A stretch of 64,000 nucleotides of DNA from an uncultured bacterium (GTDB lineage: Bacteria > Zixibacteria > MSB-5A5 > CAIYYT01), in NCBI GenBank assembly GCA_963726455.1, contig CAVSCK010000003.1, positions 736,001-800,000 on the forward strand, read 5' to 3'. Position numbers and translations under genes: made by a program. Below the pieces are notes generated by a model, which was not told where the DNA came from, searched no databases, and saw nothing but the letters and a program-made list of their open reading frames with translations. Shown here piece after piece: positions 58,654 to 64,000 of this stretch (positions are counted from its first letter, which is position 1; each line of letters opens with the position of its first letter).

Positions 58654-61584
58654 TTACACGGTGTGCGAGGCAGTCTGGTTGGAACCGGGAATTAGGCGTA
58701 CTGCATCGGCGCGTTGGTCGGTGTCAACGAAGCTCACAACTGTACATGGGTGTTCGTGCAGCACGGCGTGAGTGATATTCCCGCGCACGCAGACTTTATC
58801 CGGGCCCACTTGAATTAGGGCATTGTTTTGGCAGGTGGACGCCAGACAAGCATTGGCTGCAGCGACGTCGCCGTCCAGCGCCACAAACTTGTAGGAATCC
58901 GCACCCAGGATTTCGTCCTTGGAACAACCTAAGAAGACGAGCGCCGCGGTATTGGCATCGACTATCTGCTTCGTCTCATCGTCAATTACCAACACGAACG
59001 CCTGAACTGAATTTATGACCGTCTGCAAATACGACTGCGTCTCGCGGAGTGACTCTTCTATGTGAACGCGTTCGCCCACATTTCGCGATATCACGACCAC
59101 CACCGGCATTCCCTGGGGATCGAGCGCAGCCCGGCCGTGACACTCCAATTCCACCCATGTACCATCCTTACCTAGCGCCCGGAAACGCACGTGTTCAGAC
59201 GATTTCACACCCGCCAGCACGTTGCCGAATGCCTCCTGGACTCGCTGAAGATCCTCAGGATGAACATATTCCGCGCACTGCTTCAAAGCCAATTCGTGAT
59301 GCTCGTATCCGAGAATCTCTTTCACCGCGGGGCTCTGGTAACGAAAACGTCCCTCGGCATCGACCACGGTAATCAAGTCCGATGCGTTCTCGATCATCGT
59401 TCGGAAATACAACTCGCTTAATCGCTGTGCTTCTTCCGAAAGATTTCGGTCGGTGATGTCGCGGCTGACGCTTACGACGGCGATCACGTCCCCCGCATCG
59501 TTTCTGATCGGGTAGCGTACCGTGTGGAACACCCGCGATTCGGCATCGAACCCTTTCAGTGTTTCTTCAGGCATATCCAGCGATCTGCCGGTGCGGAACA
59601 CTTCTGCGTCGCTGCGGGCGGATTCGCCCGTGGCCCTGGCTATCGTCTCACGGGCGTCACTGCCGAAAACCTCGTCCGTAAGGCCGCAAAAATCCAGAAA
59701 CGTCCGGTTGGCAAAAACGATTTTGCCCGCGTCATCACGCACCGACACGAGATCGGCGATGGAATCAAGAATCTGCCGGTTACGTTGCTCCAGATCCCGC
59801 ATCATTTCCTGGACGCGCTTGCGCTCCGTAATATCCAGCAGAACACCATCAATACAACAGAGCTTGCCGTCAGAGTCGAACACCGGTTGCCCCTTGTCGT
59901 GCACCCACTTCACCATGCCTTCGACTGTCAGAACCCGATATTCGACGGCAAATGCTTCCCGACGTGTCCCCGCCAACTCAATAGCGTTTTGCACCAGGGC
60001 GAGATCTTCCGGCACGATGATATCCACAAAGGCCCGCACGCGATTGTCGATAAACTCGGATTCAGGCGCGCCACATAACTTCTGCATTTCTCCGCTTACA
60101 TATTTCATGGTTCGGCGGGCGTCGGCCTTGCAACGATACACAACACCCGGAATATTCCCCACGAGCGTGCGGAACCGTTCCTCGCTTTCGGCCAAAGCGC
60201 CTTCGATTTGATTGCGCTTGGTGATATCCCAGCCGGTACCACTGGCTCCCGCTACGTTGCCGTCGGTATCAAGTAACTGCGTTGCCGACAATGAAACCGC
60301 AACTCGATAGCCATCCTTGCGCAGAAATTCCGTCTCGTACTCGCGCAGGACTTCCCCGGCCATGACTCGCGAAAGAGTTCTGATATCCTTCTTTGCGTAC
60401 CGGGGCAACTGAAACTCATCGAATGTCCTGCCTAGCAGTTCCTGTTTGTCGTAGCCAAGGGTCTTGTACGCCGCTTCGTTCAGGTAGAGCAAGCGCCCTT
60501 GTGGATCCACCACCCAGACAATCTCCTGCAGACTGTCCAGCCACTGCAGCAACCGTTCTTCGCTTTTCGTAAGAGCCGTTTGTATCCGAGTTCGCTCCTT
60601 GATCTCATTTTCCAAGACCGTTTTCTGTGCAAAGAATTCAATGATCAGTGACGCAATATCGCTGAACTCGTTCTTGTACCGCATGAGACTCTGCAACGGC
60701 GCCAGATTCTTGGAACGCAAGCTGGCCGTGGTCAAAGCCAGCGGCCGCTGCACCCACCGCTTCAACGAGTACGCCAGAATGATCAGGGCGCAGAGTGTGA
60801 ACGTGATGAACACGCCCGCTTCCCGCCTCGTCAAGCGCGCGAAATCCTCCAGAAATGCTGAATCGTCCTGCAGTCGCAGTATCGCTACCGGATATTCGTT
60901 TAGATCCAGCAGCGGTTTGTCGACCCGGATCATGTCTTTGTTTGTGCTCTCGGTATTCCTCAACGACTGGGGTACAGTGATGACTTGCAGGGTACCGCCT
61001 GTCGATTTGGCGAGATCGAGCAGATACTGTGACGTCCACAACTTGCCGATGAAGAAATATCCTCTGGGAGGTGTCATTTCCAGAGTGTCTGACTGCGGCA
61101 GAATCGCCGCACTTCTCATTTCCATGATTCCGCTGGAAGTCGCGCAGAAATAATGAAGCGAACTGTGCTCGCGTATCTCAATCTTCGCTTCAGGATAGGA
61201 GGGCATATCTCGCAGGAAGTACGCGTTATTCAATGAATTCGTCGCATAGACCAGTTGCATTTTGGGGTCAAAAACCCACGCCGCATCGATACTATATAGC
61301 GGCATAGACTGACCCAAATTCACCTTCACCCACGCTGTATCCGGTTGGGCAACGAACCTTACCATTTCGTCCCAGTGGGAATAATCCACCACGTACGACT
61401 TGAGTGGATTCCCGGTCAACTGCACGATCTTATCGAGGAGAGACGCAAGCTCGACTTCCTCGTCGCGAACCGCCAATGTTGCCCGCTCAGTTTCCCAATG
61501 ATTAAGCACGATCAACGCGACCGCGAATATCGCTGATACACCGAAAAGCAACAGTACGAGTTTGATTGGTATTTTAAGTGTCAT
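58654..61584 (-). CDS. membrane sensor: CHASE4 plus ~5 PAS domains, no output domain
   Basis: TM, DYSHWDE (CHASE4), TM, then PAS/PAC repeats ending DIT.R; no H-box/HATPase or GGDEF. Confidence 0.85.
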   Translation of the reverse strand: MTLKIPIKLVLLLFGVSAIFAVALIVLNHWETERATLAVRDEEVELASLLDKIVQLTGNPLKSYVVDYSHWDEMVRFVAQPDTAWVKVNLGQSMPLYSIDAAWVFDPKMQLVYATNSLNNAYFLRDMPSYPEAKIEIREHSSLHYFCATSSGIMEMRSAAILPQSDTLEMTPPRGYFFIGKLWTSQYLLDLAKSTGGTLQVITVPQSLRNTESTNKDMIRVDKPLLDLNEYPVAILRLQDDSAFLEDFARLTRREAGVFITFTLCALIILAYSLKRWVQRPLALTTASLRSKNLAPLQSLMRYKNEFSDIASLIIEFFAQKTVLENEIKERTRIQTALTKSEERLLQWLDSLQEIVWVVDPQGRLLYLNEAAYKTLGYDKQELLGRTFDEFQLPRYAKKDIRTLSRVMAGEVLREYETEFLRKDGYRVAVSLSATQLLDTDGNVAGASGTGWDITKRNQIEGALAESEERFRTLVGNIPGVVYRCKADARRTMKYVSGEMQKLCGAPESEFIDNRVRAFVDIIVPEDLALVQNAIELAGTRREAFAVEYRVLTVEGMVKWVHDKGQPVFDSDGKLCCIDGVLLDITERKRVQEMMRDLEQRNRQILDSIADLVSVRDDAGKIVFANRTFLDFCGLTDEVFGSDARETIARATGESARSDAEVFRTGRSLDMPEETLKGFDAESRVFHTVRYPIRNDAGDVIAVVSVSRDITDRNLSEEAQRLSELYFRTMIENASDLITVVDAEGRFRYQSPAVKEILGYEHHELALKQCAEYVHPEDLQRVQEAFGNVLAGVKSSEHVRFRALGKDGTWVELECHGRAALDPQGMPVVVVISRNVGERVHIEESLRETQSYLQTVINSVQAFVLVIDDETKQIVDANTAALVFLGCSKDEILGADSYKFVALDGDVAAANACLASTCQNNALIQVGPDKVCVRGNITHAVLHEHPCTVVSFVDTDQRADAVRLIPGSNQTASHTV

Positions 61585-61852
61585 GGCTTTGCGCTCAATT
61601 CAGATAATCTCGGCACCTTCGCAAGCGATGCCATCGTTATGGGAAAGAAATCCCCATGTTTGAACGGCCTGAAACCGCTTCTCCACCTGCCCCGCAGGAG
61701 TGTCTCTTCAGACTATTCCCTGATAATAAACTTATCGGCAAATTGTGGTGATTTACGTCTTCTTGGGGCGATAGAGGCACAAATTGGTGAGCGGATTATG
61801 TATCGACTAGAAACGCCGCTTCAATGCGAAACGGCAATGCCTCCGAAACTGA

Positions 61853-62401
61853 TTATTCAATCTGGCCGATCAGACGGGCCAGAAGTATGGCATTGGTCTC
61901 CAACTTTCTCTCGGCCAATAATCCGTCGCGCCAACGCTTAACAAGCTCCAGGTCTGAAGAGATAAGATCGAAGCCGTTTCGGAACAGGAAATCCCGCGCG
62001 TTGTCCGACGCCTTTGGAATCATGGTAAACAGCAGTCTCAGATCCTTTTCGCGCGCGATCTCGAGTATTTGGGCAAATAGGAATTCGCCGTATCCCTTGC
62101 CGAGATAATCGTGATAGACAAAGGGGCCGCACAGCTCTCCGCAATCATCCAGAGCTTTCAGGCCGACGAAACCGAATGGAAAGTGATCTTCGAATCCCAG
62201 ATAATATTCACCCGCCCCTAAGGTCGCTTCGGCGGCCGGATGCGACGACATGTCCTGGATCAGTTGGCTCTGATGGAGACTTCCACCACCCAGGTCGGCT
62301 GTCGAGTCCATGATGTCCAACAGCAACGGGATCGCATGTGGGTTTGCTTTCACGAAACGACGTTCGCCCATGGCGTTGCCAATATAGAGGTCATTTGCCA
62401 T
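61853..62401 (-). CDS. GNAT family N-acetyltransferase
   Basis: FV...YLGKGYG, A..FLFRNGF. Confidence 0.8.
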   Translation of the reverse strand: MANDLYIGNAMGERRFVKANPHAIPLLLDIMDSTADLGGGSLHQSQLIQDMSSHPAAEATLGAGEYYLGFEDHFPFGFVGLKALDDCGELCGPFVYHDYLGKGYGEFLFAQILEIAREKDLRLLFTMIPKASDNARDFLFRNGFDLISSDLELVKRWRDGLLAERKLETNAILLARLIGQIE

Positions 62402-62480
62402 GAGTGGCGGCTTTTCTCGCGGAAAATTATTGACATCTTCGCGGGTGCTGCGTCATAATATCTATAGGGAGGAAGTTAAG

Positions 62481-63449
62481 ATGCTCAAACGAATTATCCT
62501 GGGGATAGCACTGGCAGGCGCCCTGTTGCTTTGCCAATGCGCTGAAGAGCCGTTGCGGCCGCCTGATGTGACACTGGGTGAACAGTTTACCGTCGGACTC
62601 GGCCAGACCGTGGAACTGCAAGGGGAGAATTTATCCATTACATTTAGCGGTGTCCTACAGGACTCACGCTGTCCGATGGATGTTTACTGCTTCTGGGCCG
62701 GACTGGCGGAAATTGAGGTGCAACTCGTTCGCAAGTCAGGCGACAGAGCCCAACTGGATCTGGCCTTGCTGGGCGGAACCAGATACAACACGCCTAATCC
62801 ATATACTTTTGACACTTTCGGTTACCGTTTTGCGTTGTTGCGACTGGATCCCTATCCGACCGGCGCCCACATATTCAAGCCGTCGTCTGCCTCCACTCCG
62901 CCGGTTCCTTTTGTAGCTACGCTGGTAATCACTCGCGCGAGCGATACCCTGTCTACTCTCGGCCAGGTGACCATTTCAGATCAACAGCCTAACACGATAT
63001 TGCTGGACTATTTTCAGATTAACGCTCTCAGCATCTCAGGTGATACCCTCAGTCTGGATCTTCAATATCCGGGCGGCTGCAGGGATCATTTCTTCTTTCT
63101 GTTCATGAGTCCGGACTCCTTTGCTGATCCGGGTCACCCACGGGCTACTCTCTGGCTCCGGCATTATGCCTCGTACGACTCCTGCAAAGCTCTGATTCAC
63201 CGCAATCTGAGATTTGACTTGAAGCCGATCGCGGATCTATACACTCTGACTTATGGCAGAATCGATCCGATTGCGATAAGTATGTCAGAGTACACCGGCC
63301 ATCAGCCCGAGAATTCGTTTCAAGCAGTTTATAACCCGTCGGGTGCGAAGAGAAATCGGGCGCCGGTGATTGTCCCGGTGGGCAGTTCACTAATAGTTAC
63401 GGATTCTTGTCGATCAACTACGCTGAGGGTCCCTCTGCAAGTACCGTAG
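62481..63449 (+). CDS. hypothetical lipoprotein
   Basis: RBS GGAGG, lipobox LLCQC, DSRCP.DV.C.WAG and Y.GGC..H.F...CKAL modules. Confidence 0.75.
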   Translation: MLKRIILGIALAGALLLCQCAEEPLRPPDVTLGEQFTVGLGQTVELQGENLSITFSGVLQDSRCPMDVYCFWAGLAEIEVQLVRKSGDRAQLDLALLGGTRYNTPNPYTFDTFGYRFALLRLDPYPTGAHIFKPSSASTPPVPFVATLVITRASDTLSTLGQVTISDQQPNTILLDYFQINALSISGDTLSLDLQYPGGCRDHFFFLFMSPDSFADPGHPRATLWLRHYASYDSCKALIHRNLRFDLKPIADLYTLTYGRIDPIAISMSEYTGHQPENSFQAVYNPSGAKRNRAPVIVPVGSSLIVTDSCRSTTLRVPLQVP

Positions 63450-63559
63450 CCTTCGAAAAATAGCCACAAAGGCGTTCTGCCGGTAACATGATTAAACAAT
63501 TGACGCTTTGCCGCGTCCAAACTACATATTACAGGCGTCTAGTCAGTGGGAGGTTTAAT

Positions 63560-64000
63560 ATGGCTTCGAAGGGCTTCTTGACGGCTATGTTAGTCGCGAT
63601 ACTTCTGATAGTATCGTGTTCCAACAAAGGGAATGACCCAAACAATACGAATCAACCGCCACGCGAATTGACCACGGCGGAAAAACAACTTGTTTCTTCC
63701 GGCAATCGATTCGGCTTGAAATTCTTCAAGGAGATTGTCCGCTCCGAGGGCGACAAGAACGTTTTCATCTCGCCGTTGAGCGTTGCGATGGCTCTTGGCA
63801 TGGCCTATAACGGCGCGAACAGCACCACTCGCGACGCCATGCAGAACACGCTCGAATTGCAGGGGATGTCGCTGGAAGACGTCAACAAGTCCTACCGCAG
63901 CGTTATCGACCTTCTGCGCGGCTTGGATCCCAAAGTCAAATTCACCATCGCAAATTCCATCTGGTATCGGGAGGGCTTCAACGTCGAGCAGCCCTTCATT
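63560..64000 (+). CDS. serpin family lipoprotein (5' part, truncated by window edge; absent from the ORF track)
   Basis: Translates as MASKGFLTAMLVAILLIVSC...NRFGLKFFKEI...KNVFISPLSVAMALGMAYNGA...IANSIW, the serpin N-terminal signature. Confidence 0.93.
   Translation, partial: MASKGFLTAMLVAILLIVSCSNKGNDPNNTNQPPRELTTAEKQLVSSGNRFGLKFFKEIVRSEGDKNVFISPLSVAMALGMAYNGANSTTRDAMQNTLELQGMSLEDVNKSYRSVIDLLRGLDPKVKFTIANSIWYREGFNVEQPFI

Overview
Bacterial chromosomal window. The many C-terminal dockerin proteins, PEP-CTERM genes and overall gene style suggest a Zixibacteria-like/FCB-related lineage; this is an inference only. Layout: CIRCE-controlled groES-groEL, then an accessory island (~2.3-9.7 kb). 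The island holds a HicA-HicB-SecB toxin-antitoxin-chaperone (TAC)-like operon with its own promoter and operator, four unrelated cargo genes separated by copies of a modular non-coding direct repeat, and two PEP-CTERM genes, one with a sigma54 promoter, enhancers and an IHF site. Next come methyltransferases, a DMT transporter, an octaheme HAO-like cytochrome c, a secreted cohesin plus double-dockerin protein and a probable pseudokinase. These are followed by the pth-rpsF-rpsR-yybS-rplI-DUF151-larE cluster and three dockerin-tagged secreted metallopeptidases (M43, M14, M12B). The right part has ALDH/ferritin/ABC genes, a complete classical menaquinone cluster with an embedded DAHP synthase, an output-less CHASE4-PAS sensor, a GNAT and a serpin lipoprotein running off the right edge. 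Five single-base frameshifts (two in groEL) are most likely sequencing/assembly indels. No tRNA, rRNA, CRISPR array, integrase or transposase was recognised.
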